Positions 37,523-47,540 of a stretch of 64,000 bases of DNA are shown piece after piece; the first letter of the stretch is position 1, and each line of letters opens with the position of its first letter. The notes under the pieces were generated by a model. The model made no database searches, was not told the origin of the DNA, and was given only the letters and a program-made list of their open reading frames with translations. Made by a program: the position numbers and the translations under genes. Source of the stretch: Terriglobia bacterium. Its GTDB lineage: Bacteria; Acidobacteriota; Terriglobia; Versatilivoradales; Versatilivoraceae. The stretch lies in NCBI GenBank assembly GCA_963665655.1, contig OY762429.1, forward strand, positions 181,444 to 245,443, written 5' to 3'.

Positions 37523-38641
37523 CTATCGATGCCCTACCTTGTAGATGACGTAGTCCTCATACCCGGTGGTGACGCGGAGGTATCCGCTCAGCTCCCGATT
37601 CAGAGCCTCGTCGCCGCTGTCGACCAGTAGCGGTCTTCCCCCCAGGGAAGCCAGCTTCTCCTTGGTGGCAACCACCAGCAGGCCCTGCTTTCCCACCTGC
37701 CGGAGCAGGGTCGGGCCGATTTGCTGATTTCCCCGGCCCAGAATATAGCCCTGCCCTCCGATGACGGTGATCACGATTCTGACCCGACGCCCGGCGGTCA
37801 GCTCCAGCAGTCGTCGCTCGGAGACATCCCGGCCAACCAGGCGGCGGTTGCAAACGACGTCCACACCCAGCAGCGTGCCGGAGAGGCCCAGTCTCTCCGT
37901 TATGGCCCGGGTGGTTGTCCCGGGTCCGATCACGTAGACCTCCGACTCCTGCATGCAATCGACGACCTCCTCAGCCATCCCGGCAAGCGCCTGAGCCTCG
38001 GAGGCCACTCCTCCCGCCTTCATCCTCTGGACATACCGGTCTTCCACGGGCACCCGCAGGTAGCCGTAGAGCTTGGCTTCCACCACGCCCTGGCGATAGG
38101 ACTCCTCGTCGATATCCATGACCTCGCCCTCTCGAACCCTCCTCAACCCGCCCTCCAGAAACCGGCGGGCCACTTCCCCGGCGTCCCTGGGCGTGACGGC
38201 GTAGACGGCTGAATGGATCTTGACTCCGGCCGGGATGCCCAGGGTCACCAGGCGGCTGCCCACGGCCTTGCAGACATTCCGGGCGGTGCCGTCCCCGCCC
38301 GCGAACAACAGCAGGTCCACCTCTCTGTCCAACAGTTGCCCGGCGGCCCGCTCGGTGTCCTCCCAGGTGGTCTCCCTTCCCCCGACGGAACTCAGAATCA
38401 GGGGGTCCAGACCGGCACGACGGCACACTTCCCCTCCCATTTCCCCGGGACAGGTGACCCACTGCAGCCGGTCCCCGACTCCCGAAAGGGCGGCCAGCGC
38501 CTGGCCGACCCGCCGCGGCGCTTCCGGAGTCGCGCCCAGATCTCGGGCCAGGCGCAGGACTTCAGGGCCGTCACTGCCCTTGAGTCCCACCTTGCCTCCC
38601 ATCCCGGCGACGGGATTGACAATCAGCCCCACGGTCTTCAT
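37523..38641 (-). CDS. ATP-NAD kinase-like protein (AcoX/COG3199-like)
   Basis: NPVAGMGGKVGLKGSDG, FAGGDGTAR, GIPAGVKIHS, GGQGYILGRGNQQ. Confidence 0.85.
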   Translation of the reverse strand: MKTVGLIVNPVAGMGGKVGLKGSDGPEVLRLARDLGATPEAPRRVGQALAALSGVGDRLQWVTCPGEMGGEVCRRAGLDPLILSSVGGRETTWEDTERAAGQLLDREVDLLLFAGGDGTARNVCKAVGSRLVTLGIPAGVKIHSAVYAVTPRDAGEVARRFLEGGLRRVREGEVMDIDEESYRQGVVEAKLYGYLRVPVEDRYVQRMKAGGVASEAQALAGMAEEVVDCMQESEVYVIGPGTTTRAITERLGLSGTLLGVDVVCNRRLVGRDVSERRLLELTAGRRVRIVITVIGGQGYILGRGNQQIGPTLLRQVGKQGLLVVATKEKLASLGGRPLLVDSGDEALNRELSGYLRVTTGYEDYVIYKVGHR

Positions 38642-39998
38642 CGGCGATCACCGGGTCATCGATCCATCGACCCATGACTCATAGTACAAAGACTTATTTC
38701 AATACGAGCCTTTTGCAAAACTCGGAGCGGGGCAAGGCTTTGGACTGGTGAAGGTGATGTTCTGCTGATGAATCGCCGACAGCAAAGACCGTTTTGAATG
38801 GGAATACCCGGATCCAAAGGCTGGATGGCAGGTTTTCTCCGGATGCAGGCACAACTCACCCTCTCCCTGTCTTTCAGCGGGTGTTCCTCCTGCGGTTTGG
38901 GGTCAGTGGCGGTGCTCAAAGCACCCAGCGCATCAACTGTTCTACCGTCAGCGCCAGAATGCCGAACATCAGGTGGCAAAAGACCTTGCCATGGCCGCGC
39001 ACCCTCACGTGCCGCCCGCCGAAGTCGTCCTTGAGCCGTCCGTTGACCCGCTCCACGGTGGAACGTTCCCGGTAGCGCCGCGCCTCGGGGGACACCTGAC
39101 CGATCAAGCGCTTTGCGAGCGCCTCCCGCTTCCGCTCGGCTTTCAACTCCGACCGCCTGCGGGGGTTGGTGTCGATGATCGGCACATGGCCCAGTCGTCG
39201 GCTGTAGGCTCGGAGTTCGGGCGCATCATAGCCGCTGTCCATCAAGTCGTAGAGGCTGTCAACCCGCTTGGCGGTCAGCGTCGCCAGCGGGATGGCGGCC
39301 TGAGAGTCATGCACCGAGGCTGAGGTCAGCAGACAACTGATGGGAATCCCGCCGTCGATGGCGTCGATGTGCAGCTTGTAGCCGGTCCAGCGCTCCTGAT
39401 GCCCCTTCCCGTTGCGCTTGACGCCGATGTCACACTCTTTCGGCAGGTCCTCCAGCATCTCCTCCAGCGTCATCGACCCCTGCCGCTCCAACCGGCGGGG
39501 TTCCTTCGGCCTTTGCTCACCCTTCGGCGGCCGGCCCCGCCGCCGCTTCCGCTTCGCCTTCGCGGCAGGCTTGAGCGCTGGCCTCTCCCGTCCCTCAATC
39601 GCCGTCGAGTCCCTCGACACGTGACCTGCCAAGTGGCCCTCCAGCGTCCTCTCCAGCAGGGCCTCGTGCAATCGCCCCGGCAGGTCGCTCTCAGCGAACT
39701 CCCCAAAGGCCCGCGAGAAGGTCGCCTCGCTCGGCACACTCCCGGCCTTCTCCCAGCCACACAGCCGGCGTAGCGTCGCCTCGTTCCTCAGCCGCTCCAC
39801 CAGCGCCCGCGTCGTCACCATCTCCAGCACCGCCTTCGCCAGGAAGGCCCGCGCCAGCGCCGCCCGATCCTCCAGCGGCCGCCCCCGCCAGCCCCTCGGG
39901 TAGGGCAGCCTCTCCTCCACCCGCACCAGTTCCAACACTCGCACCAGCCGCTGGTAGCGCTCCCCCAAAGGGCCCAGAGCCTCCTCCAGCCGGGGGAA

Positions 39999-42098
39999 CA
40001 GGGCCATCTCACGCTAAAAGACCGGCAATTTTCCGGGAGGGCTGGCTTTTTCATGCTGGGTGTGGTATTGCTCCGGCATGGAAAAGTCAGACTTCATTCT
40101 GCCCCCCTCGGTCAAGGAGGTGACCCTGCGTCTGGCGCGCGCCGATGAGCGCCGCCGCTGGGATGCCACCATGGCCCAGCGTCACTATCTGGGGTTCCAG
40201 CAATTTGCCGGTCGCGGTCTGCGCTACGTGGCCGAATACCAGAAGTGTTGGCTGGCCCTGATCGGTTGGCAATCGGGCGCCTTCAAGTGCCGTCCTCGCG
40301 ACCGCTGGATCGGCTGGCGCCCGCAAGAGCAGTTTCCGCGGTTGCGGCTGATTGCCAACAACACCCGCCTGCTGGTGTTGACCCGACCGGGGGCGATCCC
40401 GAACTTGGCCACCTCGGTGATGGCGGCCAATTTGCGGCGCCTCAGCGCCGACTGGCAGGCGACCTTCGGCCATCCGCTGGAGTTGGCCGAGGCCTTCGTC
40501 GACCCCAAGCGGTTCGCCGGCACCCTGTATGCGGCTGGAAACTGGAGGTTGGTCGGGCGCACCCGCGGGTTCTCGCGCAGCAACGGCCGCTACACCGAGC
40601 CCCACGGCCACCTCAAGAAGATGTACGTCTATCCCCTCCGGCGAGGGGCCCGAAAACGCCTGCGGGCTCGACAGCCGTGCCCCTGCTGGGAGCCACAGCG
40701 CCCGGACCCGGTCTCTCCCGAGGCGGTCCCGTTGCCGTCGTTGCTGCAAGAGTTCGCCTCCATCCCGGATCACCGCCGGCGCCAGGGCCGCAAGTTCCAG
40801 TTGCCAACCCTGCTGGCGATCTGGGAACTGGCGCGTCTGTCCGGCTACTGCGGCGTCGACGCCACTTGGCGCTATGCCTGCGCTCTGAACCAGGAGGAGT
40901 TGCGCACCCTCGGCGCTTGGCGCCACCCGGGGACCGGTCGCTACCACCCGCCGTCGCGAGCCACCCTGCATCGAGCCCTGATCGAGACCGCCCCGGAGGC
41001 CCTGCAGGCCGCCGTCAACCGTTGGGCCGCGCGGCGTCAGCCTTCCAATACCGCGCTGGCGACCGACGGCAAGCGCCTGCGCGGAGCCAACCGCCAAGGG
41101 GAGGCCCATTACCAGACCGTGTCTCTGGTCAACCATGCCAACGCCATGCCCATCGCCACTCGCGCCTACACCGAACAGGGAGGAGAGATCGCCGCCGTCC
41201 TGGCCCTGCTGGAGGAGGTCGACGTCCGCGGCTCGGTGATCACTCTCGACGCCTTGCATACCACCCGAAACACTGCCCTCGCCATTCGGCACCGCCACCG
41301 GGCCCACTACCTGTTCACCGTCAAGGGCAACGCGCCGGAAACCTTCCAGACCCTGGAGACCATCGACTGGGACCAGGACGCCTCTTCCCACTTCTGCGAA
41401 AACGATGAGAAGGCTCATGGCCGCATCCAACAGCGCCGGATTCAGGTCCTGAAACCCCTTCGGGGTCTGATCAACTACCCGTCGGTCCGACAAATGTTCC
41501 GTATTACCCGCAAGCGGCATCGGGTCAAGACCGGCGAAGCATCCACCGAGGTGACCTATGGCCTGACCTCGTTGCCCCCGCAACAGGTCGACGCCGAGCG
41601 GCTGTTGGCCCTCAACCGTGGCCATTGGGTCATCGAGAACCGGAACCACCGCCCCCGGGACACGACCTTCGGCGAAGATGCCTCTCTGATGCACACCGGC
41701 CACGGACCCTCCAACAACGCCATCGTCAACCACACGGCGCTCGCCATCATCTTCCATCGCGGCTTCCGCCAAGTCCAAGCCGCAGTTCAGCACTTTGCCA
41801 TGGATCGGGCCGAAGCGATCCGCGCGGTCGCCGAGCCCGGCTAAGAGCCTTTCCTGAGCCGTCTCCTATCCCAACTCCACCCACCGTCCCCCCGACCTTG
41901 CGATCCTTCGGCTGGGTCCCGGCCGTTGCCGCCCCATCAGAGCCCAAACGGGTCCCTTCCGGCCGGACTCGACTCGATGTCGATGGCCACCAACACCGCA
42001 TCACTCCTCTACCTCAGCCAAGAATCCTGGAGAACCTACCTCCCCTCCCCAAACGTCCTGGAGAACACGCCACCAATGACAAGCATGAGATGACCCTG
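39999..42098 (+). mobile_element. ISAs1-family element
   Basis: IRs cagggccatctcacgct / agcatgagatgaccctg; 10-bp duplication gccgggggaa at 39989 and 42099. Confidence 0.92.
40060..41844 (+). CDS. ISAs1 transposase with N-terminal DUF4338/DruA-like domain
   Basis: N-terminal HYLG...GLRYVA...RDRWIGW...IANNTRLL...EAFVDP..F.GT.Y.AGNW..VG.T.G; C-terminal IPDHRRRQG, DGKRLRG, ITLDALH, VKGN, RGHWVIEN..H...D.TFGED. Confidence 0.87.
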   Translation: MWYCSGMEKSDFILPPSVKEVTLRLARADERRRWDATMAQRHYLGFQQFAGRGLRYVAEYQKCWLALIGWQSGAFKCRPRDRWIGWRPQEQFPRLRLIANNTRLLVLTRPGAIPNLATSVMAANLRRLSADWQATFGHPLELAEAFVDPKRFAGTLYAAGNWRLVGRTRGFSRSNGRYTEPHGHLKKMYVYPLRRGARKRLRARQPCPCWEPQRPDPVSPEAVPLPSLLQEFASIPDHRRRQGRKFQLPTLLAIWELARLSGYCGVDATWRYACALNQEELRTLGAWRHPGTGRYHPPSRATLHRALIETAPEALQAAVNRWAARRQPSNTALATDGKRLRGANRQGEAHYQTVSLVNHANAMPIATRAYTEQGGEIAAVLALLEEVDVRGSVITLDALHTTRNTALAIRHRHRAHYLFTVKGNAPETFQTLETIDWDQDASSHFCENDEKAHGRIQQRRIQVLKPLRGLINYPSVRQMFRITRKRHRVKTGEASTEVTYGLTSLPPQQVDAERLLALNRGHWVIENRNHRPRDTTFGEDASLMHTGHGPSNNAIVNHTALAIIFHRGFRQVQAAVQHFAMDRAEAIRAVAEPG

Positions 42099-42310
42099 GC
42101 CGGGGGAACAGCTCCCGTTGAAAGGTGAACCAGTGTCGTGATAGGGTTTGTTTAAGGGACAAGGTCTGCCTCCGCTCATCATGTGGTTTTGGCACCTTCA
42201 TGATACAACAGAGTGTGGTCTTGTCCCTCCTCGCACCGATCCTCTTATCCTTTACAACCCAAAAATCCCGCTACCTGAGGACTTTTGCAAAAGGCTCAAT
42301 ACTATAGACC

Positions 42311-42625
42311 GAGCCTTTTGCAAAATTCTTCCAGTAAGCGGGATTTATTATCGGGAAGGGTCGTGCCCCCCGGGAGCGCGGGCGTCCCGCCCGCATCGGT
42401 CCGGGCGCAGCCCGGCCGGTCCGCTCTGCCTTCGATTCACGCAAAGGGCGCCGATTCTCCGCATTCGCCTTGGGGAAGAGCACCCCGCAACGGCAAGTCC
42501 GGCGCACAGTCGGAGGCAGTGGCGGTGGCTCGCATCCTGTTTGCAGAAAAAAGGTGCGGGCGGGACGCCCGCGCTCCCGGGTGGGCTTCCCCCCCATGAC
42601 CGATTCCGAATTTTGCAAAAGGCTC
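42311..42625. mobile_element. 315-bp MITE with the IRs of the adjacent IS, carrying a REP-like palindrome pair
   Basis: gagccttttgcaaaattc...gaattttgcaaaaggctc, 4-bp duplication gacc; internal perfect 27-bp inverted repeat 42369-42395/42555-42581. Confidence 0.88.
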
Positions 42626-42766
42626 GACCATTTATATTAATGGTTTTCACACACATGATTTACCGAGTATGGCCCAGCTCTTGTCTTGCCTGGAGCGCAC
42701 GGGCCCCTGACCCCGATCGCATCGAGACATGCGGGCGAGGGGTTCACAGACATCCCGGACGGCCGA

Positions 42767-44344
42767 CTACGGCTGCCGGCCACCGGAACCGGCGCGCTTC
42801 TTCCTCTGGTACTGGCGCCAGGTGACGGCGATTCTTTCGGGTTCGTCGATGCCGGGCGAGGGGACTTTGTGGACCACGGAGTTGTGGGGAGCGTTCTTGA
42901 CGAATTGGGGGTCCCGGTAGGCTTCCCGGGAAATCTGCCGCAGCACGGCGACGTACTCGTCCAGATCGTCCTTGGAATAGGACTCGCAGGGTTCCAGGGT
43001 AAACGGCTCCGGCACAATCCAGGGAGGATGACTCATCCAGTAGTGCTGCAGACCGAAGTCGGCCATTCTTCGCATCACGTCTTCGGTGCCGACGCCGGTG
43101 TCCTGCTTCAGCTTGTCCCAGGAGTAGCGAACCTGCTCCAGCCGGCGTTTTCCCTGGGCATACTGAATGACCACCCCCGGGATTTCACTCAGCTTCTTGA
43201 GCAGGTAGTTGTTGTTGAGCACCGAGCACTCGGCCACTTCCCGCAGTCCGTCGGCCCCGTGCTGCATAATCCAGGCGTAGGCCCGCAGAATCGTGGGCGC
43301 ATTTCCGAAAAAGCACCGCACCCTGCCGATGCTGTCGGGCCGATCGTATTCCAGGTGGTATCCGGTTCCGTCGAATGTCACCCGTGGGACCGGCAGAAAC
43401 CGACCCAATTCCCGGACCACTCCGACGGCCCCGGTGGAATGTCCCATGCAGGCATGGGGCGAGGAGAAGGTCTTGTGGATATTGAAGTGGCAGAGGTCGA
43501 ACCCGGCTTCCCTGGCCCGGGTGATGCCCAGGATCCCGTTGGCGTTGGCCTGGTCGTAGGCGCAGAGGGCTCCCACCCGATGGGCGGCCCTGACATATTC
43601 ATCGATCCTGGGGTTGTAGATTCCGGTGTCCTCGGGGTTGGTGATGAAAATCCCGGCCGTGCGCTCGGACAGAGCCGCCTTCATGGCTTCCAGGTCGGGA
43701 TATCCGCTCTCGTCGGGCATGAGGGTGATCACCTTGTATCCGGCGGTGGCCGGACTGGCGGCGTCACAGGGATGGGAGAAGAGCGTGGTAATGATTTCCG
43801 ATCTTTTCGCATCCCCCCTGGCCTCGTGAAAGGCCCGAACCATGCAGGCATTGGCGTAGACACCCTGGGCGCCGCCGCCCGGCTGGAAACTGAAATGATC
43901 CAGCCCCGAGATCTCCTTGAGATACGCTTCCAACCGGAAGTAAACCTCCAGGATGCCCTGAATGGTGTCCTCGTTCTGAAGGGGATGAATATCCCTGAGG
44001 CCCGGGTTTCCCACCAGTTGTTCGTGAACCTTGGGGCTGTACTTCATGGTACAGGTCCCCTCGCTGGCATCGACGGTCATGTCCGCGCCCATGGTCTCCT
44101 GAGAAAGTCTCAAGAAGTGTCGCAGGGTCCGAACCTGACTCACTTCGGGCAGTGCGGCCGGCTTTGCTCGCCTGAGATTTTCCGGAATCCTGGAAACCCC
44201 GTCTCCGATCTCGGCCTCTATGTCCCTTTCAACCCTGGGAACGAGGATGCCTCGTTCGCCCGGGACGCTCATCTCGCAGATGATCTCCTCATCCCACCTT
44301 GCCTGGTGGAACTTCCGCAACAGCGTGGTCTTGTTTCTGCCCAT
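42767..44344 (-). CDS. gcvPB: Glycine dehydrogenase P-protein subunit 2-like (divergent)
   Basis: LPEVSQ...LRHFLRLSQ, GTCTMKYSPK, QPGGGAQG, ITNPEDTG, PLP-lysine motif HFNIHKTFSSPH. Confidence 0.85.
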   Translation of the reverse strand: MGRNKTTLLRKFHQARWDEEIICEMSVPGERGILVPRVERDIEAEIGDGVSRIPENLRRAKPAALPEVSQVRTLRHFLRLSQETMGADMTVDASEGTCTMKYSPKVHEQLVGNPGLRDIHPLQNEDTIQGILEVYFRLEAYLKEISGLDHFSFQPGGGAQGVYANACMVRAFHEARGDAKRSEIITTLFSHPCDAASPATAGYKVITLMPDESGYPDLEAMKAALSERTAGIFITNPEDTGIYNPRIDEYVRAAHRVGALCAYDQANANGILGITRAREAGFDLCHFNIHKTFSSPHACMGHSTGAVGVVRELGRFLPVPRVTFDGTGYHLEYDRPDSIGRVRCFFGNAPTILRAYAWIMQHGADGLREVAECSVLNNNYLLKKLSEIPGVVIQYAQGKRRLEQVRYSWDKLKQDTGVGTEDVMRRMADFGLQHYWMSHPPWIVPEPFTLEPCESYSKDDLDEYVAVLRQISREAYRDPQFVKNAPHNSVVHKVPSPGIDEPERIAVTWRQYQRKKRAGSGGRQP

Positions 44345-44378
44345 TGAATCGTCTCCCCGGGCGACCGGCCGGCGATGC

Positions 44379-45788
44379 TCAACCCTGCCCTGCAACAGCC
44401 TCCAGGGCCATGACCAGCCGGTCGATGTCCTCCTTCGTCATGATTTCGGTCACGCAGTAGAGGGCGCTCTGCCCCAACTCCGGGAATTCCCCGGAGAGGT
44501 CCTTGCCGCCGATGATCCGGTGCTCCAGCAGGGACTTGTTGACCTGGCGCACGCTTTGGCCGGTGCCCCCGAAATTCACCACGAACTCCTTGAAGAAGGG
44601 CGTGGGGAAGAGAACCTCGACACCCTCGATGGCGGCGATGCGACCGGCGGCATACTGGGATCTCTGCATGATGACCTGCCCCAGCTCCTCCATCCCCTTG
44701 GGACCCAACAGAGCCAGATAGACTCCCGCGGTGATGGCCCACAACCCGGTGGTGGTGCCCGTATACTCCTTGCCCTGCTCCCGGGAACCGTAGGAGGTCC
44801 TTTCGAAAAGCACCTCTCCAAAGCCGTATTCTCCGGCGCGGACGGTTTCGGTGAGACCGAACATCAGGTCCTTGAATTCGGCGACATATCGCATGTCGTC
44901 GTGGGTGGCGATAAAGCCTCCCTGCCCGCCGCCGCAAAGCAGATGCATGCCGAGGGGATGAAAATCCCCGCAGGCGAAGGTGGCGCCGTAATGGGCGGGC
45001 GGGGCCATCACACCCAGAGAAACAGGGTCGGTGTAGACCACCATTTCAGCGCCCTGGGCCTGAACCATGCGGCCGATCTCCTCGGCCCGGGTCTCGATCA
45101 CGCCCAGGTAACCGGGATTTTCGATCGCCACCGCCGCCGTTCGGTCCGACAGCTTGGACCTCAGGTCGCGGATATCCACCAGGCCTGTCGCCGGGTCGAA
45201 CCGGATGAGACCCACGTCGAGCGAGGAGTCCCCGCCCCCCTTGAGATAGTTCCGGATGACGGACAGGGTCTCCTCGCCCATGGATCTGGGCAGCAGAACC
45301 TGGCGGCGCCCGGTGATCCGGGAGGCCATGCGCAGAGAGGTGGCGGCTGCCTGAGGTCCGTCGTAGAGGGGACAGCTCAGGACATCCATCTCCAGCAGGT
45401 CTCCCATCAGGCTGGCGTACTCGAAGAACGCCTGCCACTTGCCGTGATCGGCATAGGACTCTCCCACGTAAGCGGTGAGGAACTCGGCACGGTTGTTGAT
45501 CTCGTCGCATACCGCCGGAACGTAGTGCCGAGCACAGCCGGCTCCCAGGAAACTGAGGTGGTCCGAACAGTTCCGGTTCTTCCGCAGCAACTGCTCCACG
45601 TGCCTCTTGATCGACGCCTCGTCCAGTATGGGCTCGGGCAGATTCAGGGGTCCCTTGAACCGCAAGTGGCTCGGGATCTCGGCATACAGCTCTTCGATAC
45701 TGGCTGCGCCGATCTCCTCCAGCATCCGCCTCTTGATGTCCGGGACCGAGTTTGGAATGTAGGGATAGACGATGGGGTCGTTGCTCAT
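44379..45788 (-). CDS. gcvPA: Glycine dehydrogenase P-protein subunit 1-like (divergent)
   Basis: YPYIPNS..ML.EIG..SIEELY, SFLGAGC..HYVP, RAEFLTAY, FFKEFVV, CVTE. Confidence 0.87.
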   Translation of the reverse strand: MSNDPIVYPYIPNSVPDIKRRMLEEIGAASIEELYAEIPSHLRFKGPLNLPEPILDEASIKRHVEQLLRKNRNCSDHLSFLGAGCARHYVPAVCDEINNRAEFLTAYVGESYADHGKWQAFFEYASLMGDLLEMDVLSCPLYDGPQAAATSLRMASRITGRRQVLLPRSMGEETLSVIRNYLKGGGDSSLDVGLIRFDPATGLVDIRDLRSKLSDRTAAVAIENPGYLGVIETRAEEIGRMVQAQGAEMVVYTDPVSLGVMAPPAHYGATFACGDFHPLGMHLLCGGGQGGFIATHDDMRYVAEFKDLMFGLTETVRAGEYGFGEVLFERTSYGSREQGKEYTGTTTGLWAITAGVYLALLGPKGMEELGQVIMQRSQYAAGRIAAIEGVEVLFPTPFFKEFVVNFGGTGQSVRQVNKSLLEHRIIGGKDLSGEFPELGQSALYCVTEIMTKEDIDRLVMALEAVAGQG

Positions 45789-45846
45789 TATCGCTCCCCT
45801 GGCCCGGCTTGGCCTGGCCGCAAGAGGCCGGGCGGTTCCGGCGGTT

Positions 45847-47178
45847 CTACCCGCTCACTTCACACCAATCCATGGCCAGCGAGGCATAGGACCTGGTGGC
45901 CACCATGAGCTCGTCGATTTCCACGTACTCGTCGGCGGCATGGGCAACCAGGATGCTGCCGGGCCCGTAGACAATGCTTGGAATCCCCTGCGAGTTGAGA
46001 AAGGCGGCGTCGCACACCGCGTAGAACCCGGCGAACCTGGCCGGCACATCGAATCGTGTTCCCTCGGCGGCTTCCCCATGGGCGGCCGCCATGGCCTGAC
46101 AGATGGCATGGCCGGGGTCCACCGAATAGGCGGGCCAATTGACCTTCCATTCCACCTTGGGCGGATGGTGCCGGAGCCACTCGTCCAACTGGCAGGCATG
46201 GTGGAGATAGTTTTCGAACTCCTGGCGGACCGCCTCGGGAGAATCCTCCGGGTGATACCACAGGCAATACTCGATCGTGCAGAAATCCGATATGAAGAAG
46301 GGCACCTGCACACCGTGAGGGGCGCCCGTGATGACGCCCGGCAGCATGGTGAAGTGGCCGGGCTTGAAGAGAGGATGCTTCTTGGTCAGTCCCCACTCGT
46401 CTTCCAGCTTGCGGATCATGTTGACCAGGTAAACGCCCTTGTCGATGGCGTTGACAGCCACCTCGGCTCCCAGGCCGCCGGCCCGAAAGGTCTCTCCGCG
46501 GGTGGAGGCGTGGCTGGCCTTCCCTTCGACGGTTACACTGACCCACCACAAGCCGGGCGAGACCGGCACCACTGCCAGGGGGTAGGGCGGCGCCGAAGGT
46601 TCCGAGACCACGGCGGCGTCGGCCCGATAGCCCCGCTTGGGCAGATCGCCGGCGCCGATGGTGGCGCTGTCCATATTCTCCTCGCCCGCGGTGGCCGAGA
46701 GAGTCAGATCCCCCTTGAGCCTGAGACCCACCGACCGGATCGCCTTGATCGCCATCATCTGGGAGACCAGCGGTCCCTTCATGTCGCAGGAGCCCCGGCC
46801 GTAGATTCGGCCTCCCTCGACCTTGCCGCTCAGGGGATCTCCGGACTTCCAGTTCTCGGGCAGGCCGGTGGGAACCGTATCGATATGTCCATTGAAGAGC
46901 AGCGACCTGCCTCCACCGGTTCCCTTCCAGACACCGGCCAGATTGGCCCGTTTCGGTTCTACCTCCCAGAGGTCGACTTCCAGTCCGAGCTGCCGGTAGT
47001 GCCCGGCCAGGTACCGATTGGCTTCGGTTTCGCCCCCGACTTCCGCCGGGTAATCGGTCCCGGGGTAACCCGGATTGATGCTGCGAATCCGAACCAGTTC
47101 GCTGACGGCCGTCACGATTTCCTCCTGCATGCCGTCAATGACGTCCAGAACGCGGCGCTTTTCAGCCTTGGTAGCCAC
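45847..47178 (-). CDS. M20/ArgE-DapE family deacylase
   Basis: FNGHIDTVP, YGRGSCDMKG, GEE, EPS, GKASHA, AHAADEY. Confidence 0.9.
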   Translation of the reverse strand: MATKAEKRRVLDVIDGMQEEIVTAVSELVRIRSINPGYPGTDYPAEVGGETEANRYLAGHYRQLGLEVDLWEVEPKRANLAGVWKGTGGGRSLLFNGHIDTVPTGLPENWKSGDPLSGKVEGGRIYGRGSCDMKGPLVSQMMAIKAIRSVGLRLKGDLTLSATAGEENMDSATIGAGDLPKRGYRADAAVVSEPSAPPYPLAVVPVSPGLWWVSVTVEGKASHASTRGETFRAGGLGAEVAVNAIDKGVYLVNMIRKLEDEWGLTKKHPLFKPGHFTMLPGVITGAPHGVQVPFFISDFCTIEYCLWYHPEDSPEAVRQEFENYLHHACQLDEWLRHHPPKVEWKVNWPAYSVDPGHAICQAMAAAHGEAAEGTRFDVPARFAGFYAVCDAAFLNSQGIPSIVYGPGSILVAHAADEYVEIDELMVATRSYASLAMDWCEVSG

Positions 47179-47319
47179 TCCGTCCTCCTGTCTCAGGAAT
47201 TTCCGATGGGTGGCGCTAGTCTATCACCGTTTGCCGCTGTTGCACGAGGGAGGGTGAAGGAGAAAGGGTGACGGAGGAGTCACTTTCGGCTCCGGGGTGA
47301 TTCCACGCCGCCCCCCTCT

Positions 47320-47401
47320 GTACGGACAACCCTTGTGGTTGCCCGTTGTTCGCATTCGCCGGGTTATCCCCGGTTTGGGCGCCCACAAGGGAGGCCCCTG
47401 C
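47320..47401. repeat. GTAG-type REP doublet (degenerate)
   Basis: gtacggacaacccttgtggttgccc ... gggcgcccacaagggaggcccctgc inverted pair. Confidence 0.6.
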
Positions 47402-47503
47402 TTTCCCACATGGTATCAGGACGGGAATCGGGTGCCTCGACCGATGTGTCCCCCTGAAGTTGGGTGCGTGGGATCATCCAAGGGACTTGTCATGGAGAAC
47501 GAC

Positions 47504-47524
47504 TGTAGCTACAATAGAGCTACA
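47504..47524. promoter_or_regulatory. Inverted repeat TGTAGCT-N7-AGCTACA, probable operator of the dinJ-yafQ-like TA
   Basis: Palindrome just upstream of the aggagg RBS of the antitoxin. Confidence 0.65.
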
Positions 47525-47540
47525 TTTAGGAGGTATCCAG

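Larger units (their letters stand above)
38916..42201 (-). pseudogene. DDE transposase split by the ISAs1 insertion (42201-42109 plus 39998-38916)
   Basis: N-terminus ...FQRELFPR joins in frame to LEEALG...SRDSTAI...GYKLH...MDSGYD...RSTVERVNGRLK after removing the insert and one TSD copy. Confidence 0.88.
38706..42297 (-). mobile_element. IS5/IS1182-like element interrupted by ISAs1
   Basis: IRs gagccttttgcaaaa at 38706 and ttttgcaaaaggctc ending 42297; 5-bp duplication aatac on both sides. Confidence 0.88.
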
